DNA from: Octopus vulgaris
Taxonomy: Eukaryota
Length of the DNA: 64,000 nt
NCBI GenBank assembly: GCA_951406725.2
Contig: OX597841.1
Coordinates: forward strand, 22,506,001 to 22,570,000
Direction: 5' to 3'
Shown here: positions 13,179 to 26,157 of the stretch, one piece after another
Position numbering within the stretch: position 1 is the stretch's first letter
Layout: the number at the start of each line of letters is the position of its first letter
The notes under the pieces: model-generated
Told to the model about the DNA's origin: nothing
What the model saw: only the letters and a program-made list of their open reading frames with translations
Databases searched by the model: none
Translations under genes and position numbers: made by a program

Positions 13179-13665
13179 CGACCCCGAAAGGATGAAAGGC
13201 AAAGTCGACCTCGGCGGAATTTGAACTCAGAACGTAACGGCAGACGAAATACGTCCACGCATTTCGCCCGGGGTGTTAACCCTTCTGCCAGCTCTCCGCC
13301 ATCCCCAGTCCTAAAATAAAATGTAGCAATACTCACAAAAATAAGAAATTCAAACAAATTAGGAGAAATGGGAAAATACTCATTTTGCCCCGCTTACTAA
13401 TTATGTCCCTTACCTTATATCAAGAAACAAGGGTTCGATAAATTATAATAAAGCATTGGATTCTCAGCATTTCTGTGGTTGGAGTTTATTTCAAGAACAT
13501 TTCTCCACCTAAAACACACAACAAACAAACTTAAAGAAGAAACGATGGAGCGTGTAGGAGGTTGCCGCCATAGCTAGAAATAGCAGCCAAATGTGGAACA
13601 GATCAAAGGACATCTGAGACACCAAAGTATTAAAAGATTAAATGTTTTCGTTGTTTAATACTTAC

Positions 13666-13834
13666 GGAAATGTTTTCATAAAGGATGGTGTTGTTGTTAG
13701 ATGTGCGTCAGGTGGTTGAGAAATGTATTATAAATGTATTTGGGAGTGAATTGAGAGAAATTCTGGCATCAGACATTAAATGTTTGTCGTAACGTAATGA
13801 ATGGAGGCGGACGTACGTTTAGTGCGCATGCGTA
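13666..13834 (-). promoter_or_regulatory. Putative promoter and non-coding exon 1 of ZNF-B
   Basis: NRF1-like tgcgcatgcgta at 13823-13834; donor |GTAAGT at 13665; block conserved upstream of four paralogs in the matching orientation. Confidence 0.6.
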
Positions 13835-14149
13835 TGAAATATTGGTTTCAAATTTTGGCACAACGCCAGCAATATCGGCGGAGGTGTTGGGGGGGCCTAA
13901 GTCGCATACCTTGACCTCAGTAGACAACTAGTATTTATTTTATTGTGTCCCGCCCCAGCAAAAATATTAAAGGCAAAGTCGACCTCGTCGTAATTTACGC
14001 ATATATACGTAAATATCGATTTGGGTACAACACGTGCACTCCACCGATGTCTGGGTGTGTGTGTGTGTGGGGGGGGTCCAAAAATGTTTTCGGATTCTGA
14101 TATCATCGATTTTGAATGGTTTAATGGAGAGAGAGGTATATCCCACACG

Positions 14150-17100
14150 GGGATGTATTCAGTTACTCCAGCGTTGCCTTACTGGCTCTTGTGCCCCATG
14201 CTAGTAGGGTGCTAAGACCACCATCGGAACGTGATCTTTGCCAGAGTGGCTAACTGCCTACCGTGCCGGTGGTACATAAAAGGCTCCATTCGAGCGTGAT
14301 CTTTGCCAGAGTGGCTAACTCCCTACCGTGCCGGTGGTACATAAAAGGCTCCATTCGAGCGTGATCTTTGCCAGAGTGGCTAACTGCCTACCGTGCCGCT
14401 GGCACATAAAAGGCTCCATTCGAGCGTGATCTTTGCCAGAGTGGATAACTGCCTACCGTGCCGGTGGCACATAAAAGGCTCCATTCGAGCGTGATCTTTG
14501 CCAGAGTGGCTAACTGCCTACCGTGCCGCTGGCACATAAAAGGCTCCATTCGAGCGTGATCTTTGTCAGAGTGGATAACTGCCTACCGTGCCGGTGGTAC
14601 ATAAAAGGCTCCATTCGAGCGTGATCTTTGCCAGAGTGGCTAACTGCCTACCGTGCCGCTGGCACATAAAAGGCTCCATTCGAGCGTGATCTTTGCCAGA
14701 GTGGATAACTGCCTACCGTGCCGGTGGCACATAAAAGGCTCCATTCGAGCGTGATCTTTGCCAGAGTGGCTAACTGCCTACCGTGCCGCTGGCACATAAA
14801 AGGCTCCATTCGAGCGTGATCTTTGCCAGAGTGGCTAACTGCCTACCGTGCCGCTGGCACATAAAAGGCTCCATTCGAGCATGATCTTTGCCAGAGTGGA
14901 TAACTGCCTACCGTGCCGGTGGTACATAAAAGGCTCCATTCGAGCGTGATCTTTGCCAGAGTGGCTAACTGCCTACCGTGCCGCTGGCACATAAAAGGCT
15001 CCATTCGAGCGTGATCTTTGCCAGAGTGGCTAACTGCCTACCGTGCCGGTGGCACATAAAAGGCTCCATCGAGCGTGATCTTTGCCAGAGTGGCTAACTG
15101 CCTACCGTGCCGGTGGCACATAAAAGGCTCCATTCGAGCGTGATCTTTGCCAGAGTGGATAACTGCCTACCGTGCCGGTGGTACATAAAAGGCTCCATTC
15201 GAGCGTGATCTTTGCCAGAGTGGATAACTGCCTACCGTGCCGGTGGTACATAAAAGGCTCCATTCGAGCGTGATCTTTGCCAGAGCGGCTAACTGCCTCC
15301 CGTGCCGCTGGCACATAAAAGGCTCCATTCGAGCGTGATCTTTGCCAGAGTGGATAACTGCCTACCGTGCCGGTGGTACATAAAAGGCTCCATTCGAGCG
15401 TGATCTTTGCCAGAGCGGCTAACTGCCTCCCGTGCCGCTGGCACATAAAAGGCTCCGTTCGAGCGTGATCTTTGCCAGAGTGGCTAACTGCCTACCGTGC
15501 CGCTGGCACATAAAAGGCTCCATGCGAGCGTGATCTTTGCCAGAGTGGTTAACTGCCTACCGTGCCGGTGGTACATAAAAGGCTCCATTCGAGCGTGATC
15601 TTTGCCAGAGTGGCTAACTGCCTACCGTGCCGCTGGCACATAAAAGGCTCCATTCGAGCGTGATCTTTGCCAGAGTGGATAACTGCCTACCGTGCCGGTG
15701 GCACATAAAAGGCTCCATTCGAGCGTGATCTTTGCCAGAGTGGCTAACTGCCTGCCGTGCCGCTGGCACATAAAAGGCTCCATTCGAGCGTGATCTTTGC
15801 CAGAGTGGATAACTGCCTACCGTGCCGGTGGTACATAAAAGGCTCCATTCGAGCGTGATCTTTGCCAGAGTGGCTAACTGCCTACCGTGCCGCTGGCACA
15901 TAAAAGGCTCCATTCGAGCGTGATCTTTGCCAGAGTGGCTAACTGCCTACTGTGCCGGTGGCACATAAAAGGCTCCATTCGAGCGTGATCTTTGCCAGAG
16001 TGGCTAACTGCCTACCGTGCCGCTGGCACATAAAAGGCTCGATTCGAGCGAGATCTTTGCCAGAGTGGCTAACTGGCTTCTGTGCCGCTGGCACATAAAA
16101 GGCTCCATTCGAGCGTGATCTTTGCCAGAGTGGCTAACTGCCTACCGTGCCGGTGGCACATAAAAGGCTCCATTCGAGCGTGATCTTTGCCAGAGTGGAT
16201 AACTGCCTACCGTGCCGGTGGTACATAAAAGGCTCCAATCGAGCGTGATCTTTGCCAGAGTGGCTAACTGCCTACCGTGCCGCTGGCACATAAAAGGCTC
16301 CATTCGAGCGTGATCTTTGCCAGAGTGGCTAACTGCCTACCGTGCCGGTGGCACATAAAAGGCTCCATCGAGCGTGATCTTTGCCAGAGTGGCTAACTGC
16401 CTACCGTGCCGGTGGTACATAAAAGGCTCCATTCGAGCGTGATCTTTGCCAGAGTGGATAACTGCCTACCGTGCCGGTGGTACATAAAAGGCTCCATTCG
16501 AGCGTGATCTTTGCCAGAGTGGATAACTGCCTACCGTGCCGGTGGTACATAAAAGGCTCCATTCGAGCGTGATCTTTGCCAGAGCGGCTAATTGCCTCCC
16601 GTGCCGCTGGCACATAAAAGGCTCCATTCGAGCGTGATCTTTGCCAGAGTGGATAACTGCCTACCGTGCCGGTGGTACATAAAAGGCTCCATTCGAGCGT
16701 GATCTTTGCCAGAGCGGCTAACTGCCTCCCGTGCCGCTGGCACATAAAAGGCTCCATTCGAGCGTGATCTTTGCCAGAGTGGCTAACTGCCTACCGTGCC
16801 GCTGGCACATAAAAGGCTCCATGCGAGCGTGATCTTTGAGAGTGGTTAACTGCCTACCATGCCGGTGGTACATAAAAGGCTCCATTCGAGCGTGATCTTT
16901 GCCAGAGTGGCTAACTGCCTACCGTGCCGCTGGCACATAAAAGGCTCCATTCGAGCGTGATCTTTGCCAGAGTGGCTAACTGCCTACCGTGCCGGTGGCA
17001 CATAAAAGGCTCCATTCGAGCGTGATCTTTGCCAGAGTGGCTAACTGCCTGCCGTTCCGCTGGCACATAAAAGGCTCCATTCGAGCGTGATCTTTGCCAG

Positions 17101-17637
17101 AGTGGCTAACTGCCTCCCGTGCCGGTGGCACATAAAAGGCTCCATTCGAGCGTGATCTTTGCCAGAGTGGCTAACTGCCTACCGTGCCAGTGGCACATAA
17201 AAGGCTCCATTCGAGCGTGATCTTTGCCAGAGTGGCTAACTGCCTGCCGTTCCGCTGGCACATAAAAGGCTCCATTCGAGCGTGATCTTTGCCAGAGCGG
17301 TTAACTGGCTTCTGTGCCGGTGGTACATAAAAGGTACCATTCGAGCATGATTGTTACCAGCGTTGGGTTACTGGCACCTGTGCCGGTGGCACGTGTAAAA
17401 AGATTCGAGCGAGGTCGTTGCCAGTACCACCTAACTGGCCCCCGTACCGGTGGCCCGTAAATGCACCCACTACACTCACAGAGTGGTTGGCATTAGGAAG
17501 GGCATCCAGCTGTAGAAACTGTGCCAGATCAGATTGGAGCGTGGTGCAGCCATCTGGTTCGCCCGTCCTCAATCAAATCATCCAACCCATGCCAGCATGG
17601 AAAGCGGACGTTAAATGATGATGATGATGATGATGAT
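14150..17637 (+). mobile_element. RTE-3'-type element containing an expanded 65-bp minisatellite
   Basis: Ends with the cactacactc...ggaagggcatccagctgtagaaac core and (gat)n at ~17615-17637. Confidence 0.8.
14226..17345. repeat. 65-bp tandem repeat, ~48 copies
   Basis: Unit cgagcgtgatctttgccagagtggctaactgcctaccgtgccggtggcacataaaaggctccatt, e.g. starting at 14291 and 14356. Confidence 0.97.
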
Positions 17638-18126
17638 TTATATCCAGCATGTTTAAGGGCACAATTGTAATATTCAGCAGATTGATTGGATAAATCCTTA
17701 TTGGCAGACGGTGAGGAAATCCGGGAGGAAGTGCCTTCCACAATAGACTTTAGGATGGTGGTGGGGTCTGTATTACTGTGCGTGTGCAAGTGTATGTGTG
17801 TATACTCTCTACTCTCTCTTTTACTTGTTTCAGTCATGTGACTGTGGCCATGCTGGAGCACCGCCTTTTAGTCGATCAAATCGACCTCAGGACTTATTCT
17901 TTGTAAGCCTAGTACTTACTTTATCGGTCTTTTTTTTTGCTGAACCGCTAAGTTATGGGGACGTAAACACACCAGCATCGGTTGTCAAGCAATGTTGGGG
18001 GGACAGACACATACATACAAACATATACATACATATATATATATATATATATACATATATACGACGGGCTTCTTTCAGTTTCAAACAATACTGGGAAACA
18101 AATACAGACACAAACACATAGATTTA

Positions 18127-18930
18127 TATCATCATCATTTAACGTCCCTTTTCCATGCTAGCATGGGTTGGATGGTTCGACCGGGGTCTGGGAAGCCAAG
18201 AGGCTGCACCAGGCTCCAGTCTGATCTGGCAGTGTTTCTATAGCTGGATGCCCTTCCTAGCGCCAACCACTCCATGAGTGTAGTGGGTGCTTTTTATGTG
18301 CCAGACGAGGCTAGCAAACGGCCACGATCGGATGGTGCTTTTTACGTGCTACCGGCATGGAGGCCAGGCAAGGCTGGCAACAGCTACGATCAGATGGTGC
18401 TTTTTACGTGTCACCGGCACGGAAGCCAGTCGGGGCGGCACTGGCAACGGTCACGATCGGATGGTTCTCTTACGTGCCACCGGCACTGGTATCACAGCTA
18501 CAATTTCCATTGATGTTGATTGATTTTGATTTTCACTTGCCTCAACAGGTCTTCACAAGTTTTTGTGTCCCAAGAAAGAAAGGTATGCATAAGTGGACTG
18601 AGGCCATGGGTTATGGTCTCACTTGTCCTGCCGGGTCTTCTCACGCACAGCATACTTCCAAAGGTCTCGGTCTCTAGTGATTTCCTTGGTGAGACCTAAA
18701 GTTCAAAGGTCGTGCTTCACCACCTCGTCCCAGGTCTTCCTTGGTCTACCTCCTCTACAGGTTCCCTCAACAGCTAGGGTGTGGCACTTATTCACACAAC
18801 TATCTTCAATCATGCTCGCCACATGGCCATACCAGCGCAAACGTCTCTCTTGCACACCACAACTGATGCTTCTTAGGTCCAACTTCTCTCTCAAGGTACT
18901 TACACTCTGTCGAGTATGAACACTGACATT
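18127..18930 (-). mobile_element. RTE-clade LINE 3' end: ORF C-terminus followed by a repeat-bearing 3' region and (GAT)n tail
   Basis: ERRLRWYGHV...GRPRKTW motifs at 18703-18930, contiguous with ~60-bp ggtggcacgtaaaaagcacc repeats, the ggttggcgttaggaagggcatccag core and a (gat)n tail. Confidence 0.85.
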
Positions 18931-19233
18931 ATAATATATATACATATATATATCACGTGATCACTTGACTGACCAGTCCATCAGATGTAGTTACACATCG
19001 CTGGTCACAATGCATTCGCATTGTTTTAGCCTTCGAATGACGCCACCCCACTGGCTAAGCGAGCAGGCCAACAAAAGAAAGAGTGGTGAAAGAGTACAGC
19101 AGGGATCACCACCATCCCCTGCCGGAGCCTCGTGGAGCTTTTAGGTGTTTTCGCTCAATAAACACACACAGCGCCCGGTCTGGGAATCGAAACCGCTAGT
19201 CCGCTGCCCTAACCACTGGGCCACTGCGCCTCC

Positions 19234-19264
<31 letters not shown>

Positions 19265-19267
<3 letters not shown>

Positions 19268-19680
19268 TAAAAACAGCAAGATAACAAAAGAAAGAGGCCC
19301 CAATATTATGTAAATAGAGGAATTATCACCAAATAATTGTCACATATTACATTTACAGATAAATTCCTCTATTAACATAATATTGAGGTCTCTTTCTTTT
19401 GTTATCTTACCGTTATTACCCATAAATTACCTCCCGAACGACGCTATTCTTCACTAAGAGCTAATATGGCTTTTTTGGATAATCGTCAAACATCGGTTGA
19501 GGACTCTAACACACAGAAGAATTTAATATGGACGCCTATTACATAGATTATTCTATGAAAAAGTTTTTCCAATGGCCGGATGACTGAAGAGATGGTGGTG
19601 TGGATTTCCACCTCAGCATCCGAAACTCAGAGTTTTATCTTGGCTACCAAATAATTGTCACATGTTATATTTACAGATAT
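19265..19680 (+). mobile_element. Penelope-like pLTR remnant (inverted plus direct repeats) with a hammerhead-like motif at ~19583-19634
   Basis: Inverted repeat ~19266-19327 vs ~19358-19420; direct repeat accaaataattgtcacat at ~19328 and ~19646; CUGAAGA gaug...cauc-c GAAA cuc a gag UU. Confidence 0.6.
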
Positions 19681-19778
19681 ATAAGTTCAGCAAAAATTTA
19701 GATTCAAATGAATATGGTACTTAATTTAAATGCACCAGAATTCTGTATGGTGTTAGCCATAAAAATCCGTGGGGGTGA

Positions 19779-20078
19779 TTATAATCAAAATAAGCAACAA
19801 GAATGACTCCGGTAATTTGGTACGATCGTTTCGTGGGCTCCACTACCTCAAATGTTCTTAAAATTTGAATCCACATCTTTGTCTATATATCTACCTTCTC
19901 TATAATGTTGCCACTTGATATGAAAATTTTTGTATTAATGGAAAACCTCTATAATTGACTGATGAGTGCTCAGCATTTTAAAACTGTTGTAATACTTCCA
20001 ACATTTAATAAAATGATGTAGTACGAAACGATCGTACCAAATTACCGGAGTCATTCTTGTTGCTTATTTTGATTATAT
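19779..20078 (+). mobile_element. Penelope-like pLTR remnant with ~55-bp inverted terminal duplication
   Basis: 19780-19834 is the reverse complement of 20023-20077 and overlaps a hammerhead. Confidence 0.68.
19952..20044 (+). ncRNA. Hammerhead ribozyme with canonical core and long stem II
   Basis: CUGAUGA at 19959-19965; stem II GUGCU/AGUAC extended by CAUUUUA/UAAAAUG and UGUUG/CAACA; GAAA at 20025-20028; palindromic ACGAUCGU; GUA cleavage triplet ending at 20036. Stem I is imperfect. Confidence 0.68.
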
Positions 20079-20707
20079 ATATATGAGTGATGATTATGCA
20101 TTAAATGGTTTAGTCTGTGTGCCTGGAATGACAAGAAGAACAAGATAAATTCATGCAAAACAAATTAATAATCTGGATGAAATTGCTTTTATTAAAAAAA
20201 TACCCCATAGGCAAGTTAACTTAGATGTGGTAACAAACTATAGAGTTGGGAAGCTGTTATTAGATGCAGTTCTATTTTCTTTCCTGTGTAAATACATTTA
20301 CAGTTACAGAGTGTCACCTTTTATTTTTTTTGGCATACTAGGAACTTTGACAATTACAGCAATTCCCTGATGAGTAGCTTGGTTATTGCCATGGAGAAAG
20401 CCCAGAACACTACCACCAATTTAGGAGGAGCTCAAAATGCTTATTGTTCTTATGAATTGTCACATTGATAGTCACACATCTATATGAATAGATACACATT
20501 TAGTTAACACCAGAAGTACCGAGCGGTCATTTATCACTAATTCTGCTTATTACTTTTTTAATTTCTACAACTGTATTGAATGAGCAATCATGAGCATCAT
20601 TTCATAAGTGTATAGCTATGTGTTCTCTCCAGCATGGAAACATTTGCGTGTAGCTAAGTTGCCACTTTGAGAGGATGACTTTCCACAGGTATCACATTAA
20701 TGTGGTG

Positions 20708-21232
20708 AATTCCGCCAAGGTCGACTTTGCCTTTCATCCTTACAGGGTCGATAAATTAAGTACCAGTTGCGCACTGGAGTTGATGTAATCGACTTAATAC
20801 TATGTCTGTCCTTGTTTGACCCCTCTATGTTTAGCCCCTTGTGGGTAATAAAGAAATAGGTATTTCGTCTGCCGTTATGGTCTGAGCTCAAATTCCACCG
20901 AGGTCGACTTTGCCTTTCATCCTTACAGGGTCGATAAATTAAGTACCAGTTGCGCACTGGGGTCGATGTAATTGACTTAATACTTATGTCTGTCCTTGTT
21001 TGACCCCTCTGTGTTTAGCCCCTTGTGGGTAATAAAGAAATAGGTATTTCGTCTGCCGTTATGGTCTGAGCTCAAATTCCACCGAGGTCGACTTTGCCTT
21101 TCATCCTTACAGGGTCGATAAATTAAGTACCAGTTGCGCACTGGGGTCGATGTAATCGACTTAATACCTATGTCTGTCCTTGTTTGTCCCCTCTATATTT
21201 AGCCCCTTGTGGGTAGTAAAGAAATAGGTATT
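20708..21232 (+). mobile_element. S1 SINE multimer, ~2.8 x 184-bp units, inserted at the ZNF-C stop codon
   Basis: Unit junctions at 20859, 21043 and 21227. TSD acattaatgtggtg at 20694-20707 and 21233-21246. Confidence 0.9.
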
Positions 21233-21235
21233 ACA

Positions 21236-22489
21236 TTAATGTGGTGTTTCTCCTGCATGAATACGTTTGTGATGACTTAGAGTAGTACTGGCGGAGAATG
21301 ATTTACTACAAATAACACAGTGATATGGCTTCTCTCCTGTATGGATATGTTTATGATCAGTTAAAGACCTTTTGCGTGAGAATGATTTACCGCAGATATT
21401 ACAGGAATATGGTGTCTCTCCTGTGTGAACACGTATGTGAAAAAGTAAAACGCTTCGATCAGAGAATGATTTACCGCAGATATCACAGTGATGAGGCTTC
21501 TCCCCTGTATGAATACGCTTATGTGTAGTCAAGCTATATTTTTGAGAGAATGATTTGCTACAGATGTCACAGTGAAACGGCTTCTCTCCTGTATGAACAC
21601 GTATGTGAGAAAGTAAAACACTTCGATCAGAGAATGCGGTACTGCAGATGTCACAGTGATAAGGCTTCTCCCCTGTATGAATACGTTTGTGTAAAGTCAA
21701 GTTATATTTTCTAGGGAATGTTTTACCACAGATGTCACAGTGGAATGGCTTCTCCACTGTATGAACACGTATGTGATAATTTAAAGCACTTTGGTAACAG
21801 AATGATGTACCACAGATATCACAGTGATAAGGCTTCTCTCCAGTATGAAGACGTTTGTGTGTGGTCAAGTTACCTTTTCGTGAGAATGATTTACCACAGA
21901 TGTCACAGTGAAATAACTTTTCCCCTGTATGAAGACGTACGTGAGAATTTAAAGCACTTTGGTCAGAGAATGACCTTCCACAGACATCGCAATGATAAGG
22001 CTTCTCTCCAGTATGACGACGTTTGTGTGCAGTCAAGCCGATTTTTTGAAAGAATGATTTACCACAGATGTTACACTGATGTGGCTTCTCTCCTGTATGA
22101 ATACGTTTGTGTGTAGTTAAGTAACTTTTTTGATAGAATGATTTACCACAGATGTCACAGTGAAATGGCTTCTCCCCTGTATGAATACGCTTATGTGAAG
22201 TCAAATTACTGGCTGCAGAGAATGATTTACCACAGACATCACAATGATACGGTTTCTCTCCAGTATGGCTATGTCTGTGACTAATTAAGTTACTACTTAC
22301 AGAAAACGATTTACCACAGGTGTCACAGTGAAATGGCTTCTCCCCTGTATGAATACGTTTGTGCCTTTCCAAGTCTCCCTTTTGAGAGAAGGACTTTTTA
22401 CACACATCACAGTCATGTGACAATTTTTGTCCCCCTTTTTCACTATTTTCTGGAAAAATCAGTTCCTTTGGTTTCTCACTCTTTTCCAT
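21236..22489 (-). CDS. C2H2 zinc-finger protein ZNF-C, 417 aa, 14 fingers
   Basis: ORF from MEKSEK to HAGETPH-TAA. The stop falls in a linker; a decayed 15th finger lies beyond the SINE insertion (~20615-20700). Confidence 0.9.
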   Translation of the reverse strand: MEKSEKPKELIFPENSEKGGQKLSHDCDVCKKSFSQKGDLERHKRIHTGEKPFHCDTCGKSFSVSSNLISHRHSHTGEKPYHCDVCGKSFSAASNLTSHKRIHTGEKPFHCDICGKSFYQKSYLTTHKRIHTGEKPHQCNICGKSFFQKIGLTAHKRRHTGEKPYHCDVCGRSFSDQSALNSHVRLHTGEKLFHCDICGKSFSRKGNLTTHKRLHTGEKPYHCDICGTSFCYQSALNYHIRVHTVEKPFHCDICGKTFPRKYNLTLHKRIHTGEKPYHCDICSTAFSDRSVLLSHIRVHTGEKPFHCDICSKSFSQKYSLTTHKRIHTGEKPHHCDICGKSFSDRSVLLFHIRVHTGETPYSCNICGKSFSRKRSLTDHKHIHTGEKPYHCVICSKSFSASTTLSHHKRIHAGETPH

Positions 22490-23449
22490 TGTTTTTCTTC
22501 AAAATCACAAATTTTTTTTTCTTCTTTTTGATTTTATGGTCTTTTCTTTACAAATATTTCAACTGCTGAATTTCTGTCCATTGTTACCTTTGTCCCAAAA
22601 CTCTTTAATGAATTTATCCAAGTTTAATTTGCAAAGAGACACATCTTGTAGACACACCAGCCAGTGATGTCCAGAAGGTTTCCTAATAACACATTTCAGA
22701 GTAAATATATCAGAGGAATTCTGCCATAGATTTATAGAAACAATCTTATATATCTGTTCTGTACAATATTTCCATTTTGGTCTTTAAAAGCTGATAAACA
22801 ATGAGAATGTATCTTCAGTTATGCCAATGTCATCTGATATTCTGAAAGAATAAAGAAACAACAGTGTAAGATATAGAGGCTACTTAAAAAAATAGATTCA
22901 ACATTTCCATAGAGATAAACTCTAGAAACAAAGATTTACCTGAACAACAGAACTTTTTAATTCATTAAAATTTACATCAGAAAATCTTGTGTGAAGCTAA
23001 CATATTTGTAAACTCCAGCTACACATTCACATTTTTAAATACATATTATAAAAATAAACAGAACACCATGTTGAATCGTTAGCTCCTACACACATTTTTT
23101 TTTCTCTCCTTGTCTTTTTTTTCAGTGTATGTTTCTGTCGAAGAGCGTAGGCTCGAAACGTAAAAGACTTGTTTCATTTCTATTCCTGAGCGCCATACTA
23201 ATACATTTGTTTGTTTGTACTCCACCTGCCTTCGTCTTTTGTTTATTTTCGTAAACCTTCCCATTATAAAAATAAACATGTGACAGTCCATCTGTAAAGA
23301 GAAACGCTACTTCATCGATATTAAAATTAAAAGTTAATTCTTGTGTAAAATTTTACACCGAAGACAATGGAAGCGGTCCCCAACTCTATGTGCCCTGTTA
23401 ACGAAGCTGCCTGCCATTTTCCAACAGCTTTTACCCATGGTAGATCCGA

Positions 23450-24058
23450 AATAATAATAATAATAATGATGAAATTATTGTATACAGTGCTCAGGTGCAC
23501 CACAACTTGTCAGAAAGTGCATATAAAGCATATGCAGTAATGTAAAAATGCCTGGAAAGCGAACCGTGTATGAGTCACATATATGCTTGTGTGTGTATGG
23601 AGGGGAGAAAATCAGGTGTAGTGTTGGCGAATCTCAGGAAGCATGGAAGTTTTGAAGGATGCAGTGCTCCGACAACTAACAACTGATGCCGGCAGTTTGT
23701 TCCATGCTTCAGCGTGTGTATGGAGGGGAAGAGAAGATCAGGTGTAGTATTGGCGAATCTCAGGAAGCATGGAAGTTTTGAATGATGCAGTGCTCCGACA
23801 ACTAACAACTGATGCCGGCAGTCTGTCCCATGCTTCAGCAACTCTCAGCGTGAAAAAATGTTTCCTGAAGTCATGGGAGCTGTGCTGTTTTCTGACTTTG
23901 TAAATATGTCCACGGGTGTTAGACGGGTGGAGTTTGAAAAGGTGCTCAGAGTTATTGTTTGTAAGATGGTTAATAATTTTATGGGTGTCTGCCAAGTCAG
24001 CTGCCAGACGTCGGAGTTTCAATGTGTCCATGCCCAGGGAAGTAAGGCGTTCAGGATA
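23450..24058 (-). mobile_element. 3' fragment of a related CR1/L2-type LINE with an internal ~125-bp tandem duplication
   Basis: Translation YPERLTSLGMDTLKLRR...FFTLRVAEAWDRLP is homologous to the C-terminus of the 11.3-13.1 kb LINE. (att)n tail near 23450-23468. Confidence 0.88.
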
Positions 24059-25876
24059 GATCACTAAGGAAGATAATTTTTATGGGATCAACATATACGA
24101 GTTGAAAATACATGATCTGTCTAAAGGAGACCATTCTTATAAGATTATTATATTTCTTTTTGTTACAAACAAACTTTGCTTTCAATGACACAGACAATAA
24201 CATGAGTGTGTGTGTGTGTGTAAAAGCACCCACTACACTCTCGGAGTGGTTGGCGTTAGGAAGGGCATCCAGCTGTAGAAACTCTGCCAGAGCAGATTGG
24301 AGCCTGGTGCAGCCATCTGGTTTGCCAGACCTCAGTCAAATCGTCCAACCCATGCCAGCATGGAAAGCGGACGTTAAACGATGATGTAATAAACTCTATT
24401 ACTTTTTTTACATTTGTTTTGGGATCTTTTCCGTTTGAACGGCAGATTTCAACACAATTTCTAGTTAACTAAAAAATTTTAAACTTCGTATACTGGTAGA
24501 ATGTGTTACATAAAACATCTTTTTCTCTTGGCTTTCTTGAGAAAATTCTATAGTTTGTAAGATATTTTAAACTTCGTATACTGGTAGATTGTTTTTATAA
24601 AACATTTTTTTCTCTTGGCTTTCTTGAGAAAATTGTAATTCGTTTGTTTAACGTAGTTTAATTTTTCGAATTAATTCCGTCGAGGTCGACTTTGCTTTTC
24701 ATCCTTTCGGGGTCGGTAAATAAAGTACCAGTTACGCACTGAGGTCGATGTAATCGACTTAATCCCTTTGTCTGTCCTTGTTTGTCCCTTCTAAGTTTAG
24801 CCCCTTGTGTGTAGTAAAGAAATATATATCAGTTAACTAGTCACGGACTAGTTAACTAATTACCTAATTTCCCTTCAACACCATAAAGAAGAAACAATTG
24901 CGAATAGTCGTTACTCATTTTGCCCCATCTTAGACATGATTTTTGATAATTGAAAATTACCAAATTAGACACTAAACGGGGGGTAAAAATGGATCTGGAA
25001 TCTAAGAGAGAGAAGAATATTGATGGTTAAACACCGAACATCATCCAGATAATTTATTAGTAACCTCGATTACAATCGGGTTGAAAGTAGAGGAAAATAA
25101 ACAGGACCCGATACCTGACTATGTTTCGGACTGCAACTTCGACAACTATGATCACCAATTTTCACTCTTAAATATAATACAATTTTTAAAATAGGGAAAA
25201 CTAGGAAATTACTCATTTTGCCCCGCTTACTAATTACGTCCCCTTCTTTTTATCACGAAATAAACATTCGATAAATTATAATAAAACATTCATTTCTCAA
25301 CAGTTCTGTGGTTGGAGATTATTTGGGAACATTTCTCAAGCTAAAACACAACAAACGAACGTGGAAACGATAGAAAATGTAGGAAGAAATTAGGAATTAC
25401 TCATTTTGCCCCACTTACTAATTTCATCCACTTCCTTTTATCAAGAAACAAACATTCGATAAATTATAATAAAGCATGGGATTCTCAACATTTCTGTGGT
25501 TGGAATTTATTTGGGAACATTTCTCAAACTAAAACAGAACAAATGAACGTAGAAACGATGGAACGTGTAGGAAGAAATGAGGAATTACTCATTTTGCCCC
25601 GCTTACTAATTATGTCCTCTTACCTTATATCAAGAAACAAGGGTTCGATAAATTATAATAAAGCATTGGATTCTCAGCATTTCTGTGGTTGGAGTTTATT
25701 TCAAGAACATTTCTCCAACCTAAAACACACAACAAACAAACTTAAAGAAGAAACGATGGAGCGTGTAGGAGGTTGCCGCCATAGCTAGAAATAGCAGCCA
25801 AATGTGGAACAGATCAAAGGACATCTGAGACACCAAAGTATTAAAAGATTAAATGTTTTCGTTGTTTAATACTTAC

Positions 25877-26040
25877 GGAAATGTCTTTATAAAGGATGGT
25901 GTTGTTGTTGTTATGAGTGCGTCAGGTGGTTGAGAAATGTATTATAAATGTGTTTGGGAGTGAATTAAGAGAAATTCTTGAATAAGACGTTTGTCAAGAA
26001 GTAATGAAATGAGGTGGAAGTAGATTTATGCGCATGCGTA
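25877..26040 (-). promoter_or_regulatory. Putative promoter and exon 1 of ZNF-C
   Basis: tgcgcatgcgta at 26029-26040, ETS-like ggaagt, donor at 25876. Confidence 0.6.
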
Positions 26041-26157
26041 TGAAATATTGGTTTCAACTTTTCGCACAACGCCGGCAACTTCGGTGTAGGAGTGAGACGG
26101 GGGGGGGGGCTTCAGTCGATTACTTGGACCTCAGTAGTCAACTGGTATTTATTTTAT

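Larger units (their letters stand above)
11201..13303 (-). mobile_element. tRNA-derived SINE (family S1) split by the LINE, with 12-bp TSD
   Basis: SINE 3' part at 11201-11276 and 5' part at 13177-13303. TSD cccagtcctaaa at 11189-11200 and 13304-13315. Empty site in the paralogous intron near 36280-36300. Confidence 0.85.

Noticed and set aside
14226-17345. CRISPR-like regular repeats (also the 112-, 184- and 52-bp arrays)
   Set aside because: Units are head-to-tail with no unique spacers, there are no cas genes, and the context is eukaryotic.
20360-20420. CTGATGA...GAAA as a hammerhead (also 30573)
   Set aside because: No stem II closing next to GAAA and no stem III/NUH; it is the antisense of the shared ZNF 3' block.
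21325-22116. Antisense MIYHR.../MASLLYEY ORFs over the ZNF genes (also 8989, 32392, 40175)
   Set aside because: Shadows of the 84-bp finger periodicity on the opposite strand.
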